A stretch of DNA of 64,000 bases from a virus: IMG/VR virus record IMGVR_UViG_3300035703_000044, positions 1-64,000 of that record. One strand, written 5' to 3'. The position numbers were made by a program, and so were the translations under genes. Every line of letters starts with the position of its first letter. Within the stretch, counting starts at the first letter, position 1. Below, one piece after another: positions 20,178-29,541 of the stretch. Below the pieces are notes generated by a model, which saw nothing but the letters and a program-made list of their open reading frames with translations, was not told the DNA's origin and searched no databases.

Positions 20178-21260
20178 ATGTCTCGTGGAGATTTACAAGA
20201 AATGGAAGTAGGCACTAAGCAATCCAAAACCGCCGTTAATGCTAATGCAAAGGCGGCAGAAGCGATGCCTAAATTATCAGATCCAGGTACTCAACTCGGT
20301 TCTGTAGAAGATCTTGGTGGCCCTACACCAGAAAACTATAGATCTGACGACGATTCAGCTAAGCTGAAGACTCCTGGTGCCACTCTTAAACAAGTAAGAG
20401 ATGTTGTAAACAAAGGCGCTAAGGCTGCTGATGCCATGAAGGGTATGAAGGAAGAAGAGGAACTGGAGGATGAAAACATTATCTCCGAGACCGAAGAAGT
20501 AGAAGAAGAAGTTGTAGAAGAAGAGACCTCTGAAGAATATGACATCGAAGAAGATGTTAATGCTCTTCTGGGTGGTGAAGACCTCTCTGAGGAATTTAAA
20601 GAAAAGGCAAAGACCATCTTTGAAGCTGCTCTGACTGCTAAGGTTGGAGAAATCAAAGAGGCTCTTGAAGCACAATATGAAGAAAGACTTGTAGAAGAAG
20701 TCGAAGAAATTAAAGAAGCACTTGCACAAAGAGTAGATTCTTATCTTGAGTACGTTGCTGACGAATGGTTCACCGAAAATGAACTGGCGGTCGAGCAAGG
20801 TCTTAAGACTGAAATGACCGAATCATTCCTTGAAGGAATGAAGGGTCTTTTTGAAGCACATTATGTATCAATCCCTGAAGATAAATATGATGTTCTTGAG
20901 AGCATGGTAGAAAAACTTGATGACATGGAGACAAAACTCAACGAGCAGATTGAGAAGAACATTCATCTTAACCAAAGACTCGCAGAGTCGGTTGCTGATG
21001 GAATCTTCGATGAGATTTCTGAGGGCCTTGCTGCTACTCAGAAAGAGAAGCTCGCTTCACTTGCCGAAAGTGTTGAGTTTGAAAGTGAAGAAGAATATCG
21101 TGAAAAACTGGAGATGCTGAAGGAATCATATTTCCCAGCAAATAAAACTCCTAAAGCGCATACTGAATCCCTTTCTGAGGGTGTAGACCATTCAACCGAA
21201 TCTATTTCGGGACCAATGGCTGCATACCTGAAGACTCTTCAGGCTGTTGCTAAGAACTGA
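20178..21260 (+). CDS. gp22: prohead scaffold gp22
   Basis: Acidic coiled coil, 'LSEEFKEKAKTIFEAA', 'VDSYLEYVADEW'. Confidence 0.95.
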   Translation: MSRGDLQEMEVGTKQSKTAVNANAKAAEAMPKLSDPGTQLGSVEDLGGPTPENYRSDDDSAKLKTPGATLKQVRDVVNKGAKAADAMKGMKEEEELEDENIISETEEVEEEVVEEETSEEYDIEEDVNALLGGEDLSEEFKEKAKTIFEAALTAKVGEIKEALEAQYEERLVEEVEEIKEALAQRVDSYLEYVADEWFTENELAVEQGLKTEMTESFLEGMKGLFEAHYVSIPEDKYDVLESMVEKLDDMETKLNEQIEKNIHLNQRLAESVADGIFDEISEGLAATQKEKLASLAESVEFESEEEYREKLEMLKESYFPANKTPKAHTESLSEGVDHSTESISGPMAAYLKTLQAVAKN

Positions 21261-21304
21261 ATTTAATATTAATCAAACGTAAACATTCACAAAGGTACAC
21301 GCAA

Positions 21305-22738
21305 ATGTTCCATTCCGAGCATCTGCAGGAAAAGTGGGCACCTCTCCTCAACTATGAGGGTCTTGATCCAATCAAAGATTCCCATCGTAGAGCGGTAACC
21401 GCAGTCCTGCTGGAAAACCAAGAAAAGTTTTTAAGAGAAGAGTCCGCATTTAGCAGCGGATTCAACCTGATGGAAACCCCAACCAACTCAGCTAACGCAG
21501 CTGGTGCTTCTGGTGGTTTCAGTGGTAGTTCTGCTGCTGCAGGTCCTACCGCAGGTTTCGATCCCGTTCTGATCTCACTGATCAGACGTTCAATGCCTAA
21601 CCTGGTTGCATATGACCTGGCTGGCGTTCAACCAATGAGTGGTCCTACTGGACTCATCTTTGCAATGCGTTCGCGTTACAACAACCAGAGCGGAACCGAG
21701 GCATTCTTCAACGAGGCCGATACCGCATTCTCTGGTCAGGATGATGGTAACAACCTCACCGCAGGTTTCACCGACGTTGTTGCTGGTCTTGGTACTACTT
21801 CACAGTCTGGTACTAACCCCGCAATCCTGAACCCAGTTGGAACCGCTACCTCAACCGCATATGATGTCGGTCAGGGTATGGTTACTGGTGACGCAGAGAA
21901 TCTTGGTTCTGCTGCTGGCGATCAGTTCAACCAGATGGCATTCTCGATCGAGAAAGTCACCGTTACTGCAAAGTCACGCGCACTGAAGGCTGAGTACTCA
22001 CTTGAGCTCGCTCAGGACCTGAAGGCAATCCACGGTCTGAATGCAGAAGCAGAACTCGCTAACATTCTGTCAAGCGAGATTCTTGCTGAGATCAACCGTG
22101 AGGTTATCAGAACCATCTACAAGATTGCTGAACAGGGTGCTGTTGAGAACGTTTCTACTCAGGGTGTATTTGACCTCGATATCGACTCCAACGGTCGTTG
22201 GTCGGTTGAGAAGTTCAAGGGTCTTCTGTTCCAGATCGAAAGAGATGCAAACAGAATCGCTCAGAGAACTCGTCGTGGAAAGGGTAACATCATCATGTGT
22301 TCAGCTGACGTTGCTTCAGCACTGACCATGGCTGGTGTTCTCGATTACACCCCTGCTCTGAACGCAAACCTGAACGTTGATGACACCGGCAACACCTTTG
22401 CTGGTACTATCAACGGTAAGTACAGAGTCTACATTGACCCATATTCTGCAAACCTGGCTGCTGATAACGGTGGTCTGGCACAGGGTACTAACCAATACTA
22501 CGTTGTTGGTTATAAGGGTTCCAGTGCATATGATGCTGGTCTCTTCTATTGCCCATATGTACCTCTGCAGATGGTACGTGCTGTTGGAGAGGATACCTTC
22601 CAACCAAAAATTGGCTTCAAGACCCGTTATGGTATTGTTGCCAACCCATTCGCAGAAGGAACCGATCAAGGTCTGGGTCGTCTGCGCGTCAACAGCAACC
22701 GTTACTACAGACGTGTTGCAATCAAAAATCTCATGTGA
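21305..22738 (+). CDS. gp23: major capsid protein gp23
   Basis: 'GVQPMSGPTGLIFAMR', 'SRALKAEYSLELAQDLKAIHG', 'FQPKIGFKTRYG'. Confidence 0.99.
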   Translation: MFHSEHLQEKWAPLLNYEGLDPIKDSHRRAVTAVLLENQEKFLREESAFSSGFNLMETPTNSANAAGASGGFSGSSAAAGPTAGFDPVLISLIRRSMPNLVAYDLAGVQPMSGPTGLIFAMRSRYNNQSGTEAFFNEADTAFSGQDDGNNLTAGFTDVVAGLGTTSQSGTNPAILNPVGTATSTAYDVGQGMVTGDAENLGSAAGDQFNQMAFSIEKVTVTAKSRALKAEYSLELAQDLKAIHGLNAEAELANILSSEILAEINREVIRTIYKIAEQGAVENVSTQGVFDLDIDSNGRWSVEKFKGLLFQIERDANRIAQRTRRGKGNIIMCSADVASALTMAGVLDYTPALNANLNVDDTGNTFAGTINGKYRVYIDPYSANLAADNGGLAQGTNQYYVVGYKGSSAYDAGLFYCPYVPLQMVRAVGEDTFQPKIGFKTRYGIVANPFAEGTDQGLGRLRVNSNRYYRRVAIKNLM

Positions 22739-22759
22739 GCCTTTTCACAAGAGTTCTCT

Positions 22760-22784
22760 GGGGTCCGCAAGGACCCCTTTTTTT
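22760..22784 (+). terminator. intrinsic terminator after gp23
   Basis: GGGGTCC-GCAA-GGACCCC followed by T7. Confidence 0.9.
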
Positions 22785-22803
22785 ATCTAAATAATTCAAA
22801 AAA

Positions 22804-23367
22804 ATGACAGTTACAAACGCATATAAGAATCAGATACAGAATAGAAACTTTCTATCACCTGTAGGATTCAAATTTACATTGAATAGAGCTCCTAAAGTTG
22901 CATTCTTTGGAAACTCAACGAACATTCCAGGAATGACTTTAGGTATTGCTGTACAACCAACTTATCTTAAGGACATTGATATTCCTGGAGATAAAGTCAC
23001 CTTTAATGATTTAACTCTCAGATTTCTTGTGGATGAGAATCTTGAGAACTATATGGAGATTCAAAATTGGATTCGTGGTATTGGATATCCAGAGTCTTTG
23101 GATCAAATATATGATTGGCAGAAAAATAATCCTGCAATGGATTTGCAAGATAAGAGTCAGATGAACTTATACTCTGATGCAACTTTATCTATTCTTACAA
23201 GTTCCAACAATTCAAACTTTAAAGTTAAGTTTTCCGATGTCTTTCCATATTCAATAACAGATCTTCAGTTTGATGCAACAGATAGTGATATTGATTATTT
23301 GACTGCAGAGGTTACTTTCAAGTATACTATCTACAACATAGTAGATAATGCTGGCAACCCATTATGA
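22804..23367 (+). CDS. gp3: tail completion protein gp3
   Basis: 'NFLSPVGFKF', 'FLVDENLENYMEIQNW'; synteny. Confidence 0.9.
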   Translation: MTVTNAYKNQIQNRNFLSPVGFKFTLNRAPKVAFFGNSTNIPGMTLGIAVQPTYLKDIDIPGDKVTFNDLTLRFLVDENLENYMEIQNWIRGIGYPESLDQIYDWQKNNPAMDLQDKSQMNLYSDATLSILTSSNNSNFKVKFSDVFPYSITDLQFDATDSDIDYLTAEVTFKYTIYNIVDNAGNPL

Positions 23368-23801
23368 CCTTTGATTTGGATACCATCCAAAAAATGTGGG
23401 AAGAAGATTGTAAAATTGATCCCGATAATTTGCATACAGAATCACTGAATATTGCAAGTCTACATGCAAAATATTTTGACATGTACAACAACATTGTTCT
23501 TCTAAAAAAGAAAGCAGAACAACAAAGAAAAAATATTCGTCACGATAGATATGAATATTATACTGGAAAAGCAGATCCTGACGTTTATGTAGAGAATCCA
23601 TTCCCTAAGAAAATTCGTGACAAAGAGACTCTTCAGAAATACTTAGATGCTGATGAGAAACTATCTCAAGTCTGTTTGAAGATTGACTACTATGATACAA
23701 TGTTAAATTATATTGAGAGCATTCTAAAGATGATTCAGAATAGAACCTTTCAAATCAAAAACGCAATTGAGTTTGTTAGATTTACTGCTGGACTGGGGTA
23801 A
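23364..23801 (+). CDS. uvsY: recombination mediator UvsY
   Basis: 'LHAKY', 'YYTGKA', 'NRTFQIKNAIEF'. Confidence 0.93.
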   Translation: MTFDLDTIQKMWEEDCKIDPDNLHTESLNIASLHAKYFDMYNNIVLLKKKAEQQRKNIRHDRYEYYTGKADPDVYVENPFPKKIRDKETLQKYLDADEKLSQVCLKIDYYDTMLNYIESILKMIQNRTFQIKNAIEFVRFTAGLG

Positions 23802-23829
23802 ATAAATACCTTTAGATGCATGGATTTAT

Positions 23830-25308
23830 GTGATTGATACTACGGCGAATCTTGTTATATCAAAATCCAACGAAGTATTTTTAAAGATTAATACGGAACC
23901 TCACATTGAATATGAACTTAGAGATCACTTTAAGTTTGAGGTTCCCAATGCAAAGTTTATGCCCCAGTACCGTGGAAGGAATTGGAATGGGGAGATTCAT
24001 TTGTATGATATGAGATCAAAACAGATCTATGTTGGTCTGTTAGATAAGATTGTATCTTTCTGTAAGCAATACGGATACACTTATAAGTTTGATGATAATA
24101 AATTTTATGGTCTTCCATTCGAAGTGAATGAGGAGATTTCATATGAAGGTGTAAAGGATTATATGAGATCTATTTGTTCTCATTCTCCAAGGGAGTATCA
24201 AGTAGAGGGAGTATATGATGCTCTAAGGCATAACAGAAAGCTATTGATAAGCCCCACTGCATCTGGCAAATCACTGATGATTTATTCGATCGTAAGATAT
24301 TATGTGGATAAAGGGCAAAAAATTCTTTTAATTGTTCCAACGACATCTCTTGTAGAACAGATGTATAAGGATTTCCAGGATTATGGTTGGGATGCTGAGT
24401 CATATTGTCACAAGATTTATTCTGGTAGGGAGAAGACAAACGAACATGCAGTTACGATTACAACCTGGCAATCAGTCTATAAGTTAGATCGTTCTTTCTT
24501 TGAAGATTATGGTGTCATTATAGGCGATGAAGCACATTTGTTCAAGAGTAAATCTCTAGTACAGATCATGACTAAACTTCACCACGCAAAGTATCGTTTT
24601 GGATTTACAGGAACTTTGGATGGAACTCAAACTCACAAATGGGTTCTTGAAGGATTGTTTGGTCCATCATACAAAGTAACTAAAACTGCAGAACTGATGA
24701 AGCAAGGACATCTGTCCCAGTTAGATATTCAGTGTTTAGTTCTTAAACACCCTCCACAAAAGTTTGAAACTTATGAAGATGAGATACAGTATTTAATCTC
24801 CCACGAACAGAGGAATAAGTTCATCACAAACCTTTCTTTAGATCTCAAAGGAAATACTCTTGTTCTGTTTTCACGAGTTGAAGCACACGGAGCAATTCTC
24901 TATGAAATGATAAATAAGAATAACCGTGAAGATCGTAAAGTATTTTTCGTTCATGGTGGAGTGGATGCGGAAGAAAGAGAACTTGTAAGAGAAATTACCG
25001 AAAGAGAAAACAACGCAATCATCGTTGCTTCATATGGAACTTTTTCTACAGGTATTAATATTAAGAGTCTCCATAATGTTATCTTTGCTTCACCCAGTAA
25101 ATCGAGAGTTAGAAATCTACAATCTATTGGAAGAGTACTTAGAAAGGGAAAAAATAAAACTAAAGCAGTCCTCTACGACATCTCTGATGATTGTACATTT
25201 CAATCAAGAAAGAACTACACTTTAAACCACTTCATAGAAAGAATTAAAATTTATAATGAAGAACAATTCAATTATGAGATAATCACTATTCAACTAAAGA
25301 TCAAATGA
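23830..25308 (+). CDS. uvsW: DNA helicase UvsW
   Basis: 'SPTASGKS', 'DEAH', 'QSIGRVLR'. Confidence 0.97.
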   Translation: MIDTTANLVISKSNEVFLKINTEPHIEYELRDHFKFEVPNAKFMPQYRGRNWNGEIHLYDMRSKQIYVGLLDKIVSFCKQYGYTYKFDDNKFYGLPFEVNEEISYEGVKDYMRSICSHSPREYQVEGVYDALRHNRKLLISPTASGKSLMIYSIVRYYVDKGQKILLIVPTTSLVEQMYKDFQDYGWDAESYCHKIYSGREKTNEHAVTITTWQSVYKLDRSFFEDYGVIIGDEAHLFKSKSLVQIMTKLHHAKYRFGFTGTLDGTQTHKWVLEGLFGPSYKVTKTAELMKQGHLSQLDIQCLVLKHPPQKFETYEDEIQYLISHEQRNKFITNLSLDLKGNTLVLFSRVEAHGAILYEMINKNNREDRKVFFVHGGVDAEERELVREITERENNAIIVASYGTFSTGINIKSLHNVIFASPSKSRVRNLQSIGRVLRKGKNKTKAVLYDISDDCTFQSRKNYTLNHFIERIKIYNEEQFNYEIITIQLKIK

Positions 25309-25697
25309 TAGAAGATGATTTTTACGCTACACTTAAGTTAAAGACCGGAGAGGAAATCTTCGCAAAAGTAGCAGCTACTGAAGAAGAAGATAGAACTCTT
25401 CTCATAGTTACAAATCCTATTATTGTTGCTGAAATAAAAGGTAGAACTGGAGTAATGGGATACAAGATAGAACCTTGGTTAAAGACTACTACAGAAGATA
25501 TGTTTATTATTAATATTGATGATGTTCTTACAATGACTGAATCTTCTGATATTGAAATGATATCAATGTATCAAACTTATTGTAGAGAAAGTGATAAGAC
25601 CAGAAACAATCAATCAAAGATATCTCGTAAGATGGGTTATCTTGCAAATGTCAATGATGCTAAAGAGATCTTAGAGAAACTCTTTAAGAATAGCTAA
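25305..25697 (+). CDS. conserved Sm-like-fold hypothetical protein
   Basis: 'LKLKTGEEIFAKV...PW' pattern, between uvsW and gp55. Confidence 0.65.
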   Translation: MIEDDFYATLKLKTGEEIFAKVAATEEEDRTLLIVTNPIIVAEIKGRTGVMGYKIEPWLKTTTEDMFIINIDDVLTMTESSDIEMISMYQTYCRESDKTRNNQSKISRKMGYLANVNDAKEILEKLFKNS

Positions 25698-25746
25698 AGC
25701 CTCATCTTCAAACCCAACAAAGGTATTCTACAGAGTATTTGAATAC

Positions 25747-25775
25747 TTGTCAACTATTTGTAAAGGTGGTATAAT
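25747..25775 (+). promoter_or_regulatory. sigma70-like promoter upstream of gp55
   Basis: TTGTCA-N17-TATAAT. Confidence 0.75.
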
Positions 25776-25799
25776 TCATACATATTATGAGATAAACTA

Positions 25800-26294
25800 A
25801 TGATAACCACAGCAGTTATGACCAGAAGAAAGAGGTCAGAACATTACGTCAATAACAAAGAGTTTCTTGCAGCACTGATCAAGTATCGTGAGGATGTTGA
25901 GATTGCCAAGATTAAAGGTAATCCAAAACCACAAATTCCCAGGTATATTGGTGAATGCTTCTTAAAGATTGCAAATCATTTATCATTCAAACCAAACTTT
26001 GTCAACTATATGTTCAAAGATGATATGATTTGTGATGGTATTGAAAACTGTGTTCAGTATATTCACAACTTTAATCCAGAGAAATCTCAGAACCCATTTG
26101 CTTACTTCACTCAGATTATTCACTACGCATTTCTGAGACGCATTCAGAAAGAGAAGAAACAACTGGAGATCAAGAACAAGATTCTTGAAAGGACAGGATT
26201 TGATCAAGTTTTTGATAGTGGAAGTGTTGACGGATCTGACTATTCAGACTATAATTCTATCAAGGACAATGTTCACTCCAAACTTCGTTATTGA
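25800..26294 (+). CDS. gp55: late transcription sigma factor gp55
   Basis: 'HYVNNKEF', 'NFNPEKSQNPFAYFTQI'. Confidence 0.97.
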   Translation: MITTAVMTRRKRSEHYVNNKEFLAALIKYREDVEIAKIKGNPKPQIPRYIGECFLKIANHLSFKPNFVNYMFKDDMICDGIENCVQYIHNFNPEKSQNPFAYFTQIIHYAFLRRIQKEKKQLEIKNKILERTGFDQVFDSGSVDGSDYSDYNSIKDNVHSKLRY

Positions 26295-27335
26295 ATGAAA
26301 GTCGCAATTATTACAGACCAACATTTTGGAGCAAGAAAGAATTCCAAACTCTTTCATGACTATTTCTTAAAGTTCTACAATGAAGTGTTTTTCCCGACGC
26401 TGGAACAGTACGGGATTACCACAGTTGTAGACATGGGAGATACTTTTGACAGTCGTAAAGGAATTGATTTCTCTGCATTATCTTGGGCTAAAAATAATTA
26501 CTACGATCGTCTTAATGAAATGGGAGTGAAGGTTCATACAATTGTAGGAAACCATACTGCATATTACAAGAATACAAATCAAGTCAATGCAGTTGATTTG
26601 CTTCTGCGTGAGTATGATAATGTAACCGTATATTCGGAACCAACTGAAGTGATGTTGGGAAAACTACCAACTCTTTTTATCCCGTGGATCAATCAAGAAA
26701 ATGAGGAAAAAACTCTTAAACTTATTCAAAAGACAACTTGCCCGTGTGCGATGGGGCACCTTGAACTCCAGGGATTTAGAGTTAATAACCAAATCGTCAT
26801 GGAACATGGTTTGGAGAGCAAACTATTTGACAAGTTCTCCCGTGTCTACTCGGGACACTATCACACTAGATCGGATAATGGAACAGTCTTCTATCTAGGA
26901 AATCCTTATGAGTTGTATTGGAACGATGTGAAGGATACTAGAGGTTTTCACATCTTTGATACTGAAACTTTAGAACATACCCCAATCAACAATCCTCACA
27001 GAATGTTTTATAACATTTACTATGAAGATACAAACTATCAAACTTTTGACACTCGTGAATATCAAAACAAAATTGTTCGAGTGATTGTTCGCAAGAAAAC
27101 AGACATCAAAAAATTTGAAAAGTTTATTGATAAACTTTACAGTTCTAATGTTGCTGAACTCAAAGTTGTGGAGAACTTCCAAATTCAAGAGAATGAGGAG
27201 TTTGAAGCATTTGAATCAGAAGATACACTTTCTATCTTGAATAGATATGTAGAGGAATCAGAAATTGGACTGGATAAATCCATCGTTCAGAAACTTATCT
27301 CCGAAGTGTATCAAGAGGCTTGCGAACTAGTGTAG
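26295..27335 (+). CDS. gp47: recombination endonuclease subunit gp47 (Mre11-like)
   Basis: 'TDQHFG', 'GDTFD', 'GNH', 'SGHYH'. Confidence 0.96.
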   Translation: MKVAIITDQHFGARKNSKLFHDYFLKFYNEVFFPTLEQYGITTVVDMGDTFDSRKGIDFSALSWAKNNYYDRLNEMGVKVHTIVGNHTAYYKNTNQVNAVDLLLREYDNVTVYSEPTEVMLGKLPTLFIPWINQENEEKTLKLIQKTTCPCAMGHLELQGFRVNNQIVMEHGLESKLFDKFSRVYSGHYHTRSDNGTVFYLGNPYELYWNDVKDTRGFHIFDTETLEHTPINNPHRMFYNIYYEDTNYQTFDTREYQNKIVRVIVRKKTDIKKFEKFIDKLYSSNVAELKVVENFQIQENEEFEAFESEDTLSILNRYVEESEIGLDKSIVQKLISEVYQEACELV

Positions 27336-27336
27336 A

Positions 27337-27606
27337 ATGTTTATCTTAACAATTAATGGTAGAGAAGACGAAGGTGCATATTCAGTAGTCAATGAAGAGG
27401 GAGATCAAGTTCTCTATCTCTTTGAGGAAGAAGATGATGCTACTCGTTTTGCCATGATGTTGGAAGAAGATAATTATCCAGAAATGCACGTAATGGAAAT
27501 AGATGATGATTTGCTTGTCGGTGTTTGCGAGACACAAGGACATGAGTATGTTATCATTACGACAAATGACATTGTGATTCCCCCTCAAGAAAATGATATT
27601 GTTTGA
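27337..27606 (+). CDS. conserved hypothetical protein
   Basis: 89 aa acidic ORF between gp47 and gp46. Confidence 0.7.
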   Translation: MFILTINGREDEGAYSVVNEEGDQVLYLFEEEDDATRFAMMLEEDNYPEMHVMEIDDDLLVGVCETQGHEYVIITTNDIVIPPQENDIV

Positions 27607-29305
27607 AAAAATCCGTTGGAAGAACTTTCTTTCTACTGGAAACCAATTCACTGAAGTTCAACTGAATAAGAACTCAACCACTCTTATTGTGGGAAACAAT
27701 GGTGCTGGTAAGAGTACTATTCTTGATGCTCTCTGTTTTGTTCTATTTGGTAAAGCTTTTCGTAAGATCAATAAACCACAACTCATCAATACTACAAACG
27801 AAAAGGATTGTCTTGTTGAGATTGAGTTAAAAATCGGTTCTACTGACTGGATGATCCGTCGTGGAATCAAACCAAATATTTTTGAGATCTATCGAGATGG
27901 ATCTGTTCTTGATCAAAGTTCTTCTGCAATTGATCAGCAGAAGTATCTGGAACAATCCATTCTCAAGATGAACTATAAGTCATTTACTCAGATTGTGATT
28001 CTGGGTAGCAGCAACTTTGTTCCATTTATGCAACTCACTGCTGCGAGTCGTAGGGAAGTGATTGAAGATCTCTTGGATATTAAGATCTTCTCGTCCATGA
28101 ATGTCATTATCAAAGAAAAGATTCGTTCTCTGAAAGAAGAAATCCGCACTCTTGAACTGAAGAAAGAGTCGGTGAAAGATAAAGTTGAGATGCAGAAAAA
28201 CTTTATCGAAGAATTGGAGAATCTTAGTAATGCCAATATAAATGCCAATAAAGAAAAGATTGCCAATTTAGATAAGGAAATTGGTGATTATATGGAAGAG
28301 AATACTTCTAATGAAGATCCTCTCAGGGAACTTATTCGTGAGCAAGATGCTATTACTGGACATGCAGAAAAACTTCGTAAGTTAGGAAACCTGAAAGGTA
28401 AGATCTCTCAAAAAGTATCTACAATTACTAAAGAACACAAGTTCTTCACTGAGAATACGGTTTGTCCCACCTGCACTCAATCAATTGAAGAAGAGTTTCG
28501 GTTAAATAGAATTAACGACGCTCAAAATAAAGCAAAGGAGTTGCAATCTGGTTATAAAGAACTGGAGGAGGCAATTAAAGAGGAAGAGGAGAGAGAGCGT
28601 CAATTTAACAATTTATCTGAGGAGATCAGAAAACTAACGAATGGCATTTCTCAAAACAATATTAAGATTAACGGATTACGGAGACAAATCCGAAATCTTG
28701 AATCTGAAATTCAAACTATTACCGAGAACCTTGCAAACCGAAATTCTGAACATGAGAAACTAGAAAAATTTAAGAATGATTTAAAAACAGTATATGATGA
28801 TCTGTCTGGAAAGAAGGATTTAATTCAGTATCATGACTTTTCTTATTCTCTATTGAAAGATAGTGGTGTAAAATCCAAAATAATCAAAAAGTATCTGCCA
28901 CTGATTAATCAACAAGTTAATCGGTATCTGCAAATGTTGGATTTCTACATCAACTTTACTTTAGATGAAGAGTTCAACGAAACTGTTCAGTCTCCTATTC
29001 ATGAAGACTTTTCTTATTCTTCTTTCAGTGAAGGTGAAAAACAAAGAATTGACTTGGCACTCTTATTCACTTGGAGAGAAGTTGCCAAGTTTAAAAACTC
29101 AACCAACACAAACCTTTTGATTCTTGATGAAGTTTTTGATTCTTCTCTTGATGGATTTGGAACAGAAGATTTCCTGAAGATCATTCGTTACGTAATCAAA
29201 GATGCAAACGTCTTTATTATTTCACATAAAGTTGGTATGGAGGACAGATTTGAAAGTGTCATAAAGTTTGAGAAAGTAAAAGGTTTTTCGCGTATGGTGG
29301 ACTGA
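27593..29305 (+). CDS. gp46: recombination ATPase gp46 (Rad50-like)
   Basis: 'GNNGAGKST', CPTC hook, 'FSEGEKQR', 'LDEVFD'. Confidence 0.97.
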   Translation: MILFEKIRWKNFLSTGNQFTEVQLNKNSTTLIVGNNGAGKSTILDALCFVLFGKAFRKINKPQLINTTNEKDCLVEIELKIGSTDWMIRRGIKPNIFEIYRDGSVLDQSSSAIDQQKYLEQSILKMNYKSFTQIVILGSSNFVPFMQLTAASRREVIEDLLDIKIFSSMNVIIKEKIRSLKEEIRTLELKKESVKDKVEMQKNFIEELENLSNANINANKEKIANLDKEIGDYMEENTSNEDPLRELIREQDAITGHAEKLRKLGNLKGKISQKVSTITKEHKFFTENTVCPTCTQSIEEEFRLNRINDAQNKAKELQSGYKELEEAIKEEEERERQFNNLSEEIRKLTNGISQNNIKINGLRRQIRNLESEIQTITENLANRNSEHEKLEKFKNDLKTVYDDLSGKKDLIQYHDFSYSLLKDSGVKSKIIKKYLPLINQQVNRYLQMLDFYINFTLDEEFNETVQSPIHEDFSYSSFSEGEKQRIDLALLFTWREVAKFKNSTNTNLLILDEVFDSSLDGFGTEDFLKIIRYVIKDANVFIISHKVGMEDRFESVIKFEKVKGFSRMVD

Positions 29306-29319
29306 CCCGCCAAAAAACA

Positions 29320-29541
29320 ATGCAAGTCCCAAACTGGAAGCATCATTCTAAGAAAGAACAGAAACGAAAACTTAAACCGCAAGCACTGAGGCAAGCAAAA
29401 GCACGACTCGCCCAGTTCAAAAAGCGTCACATGGGTCGCCCAAAAGGCGACCTTTCGTTTTATGATGACCACATACGAAACAAATCACATGGCAGTCCGT
29501 CACGAAATCAAATCCCAACTTGCCAAACTGCTTGCCACTGA
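29320..29541 (+). CDS. small basic hypothetical protein
   Basis: 'PNWKHHSKKEQKRKLKPQALRQAK'; 3' end overlaps the next gene. Confidence 0.55.
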   Translation: MQVPNWKHHSKKEQKRKLKPQALRQAKARLAQFKKRHMGRPKGDLSFYDDHIRNKSHGSPSRNQIPTCQTACH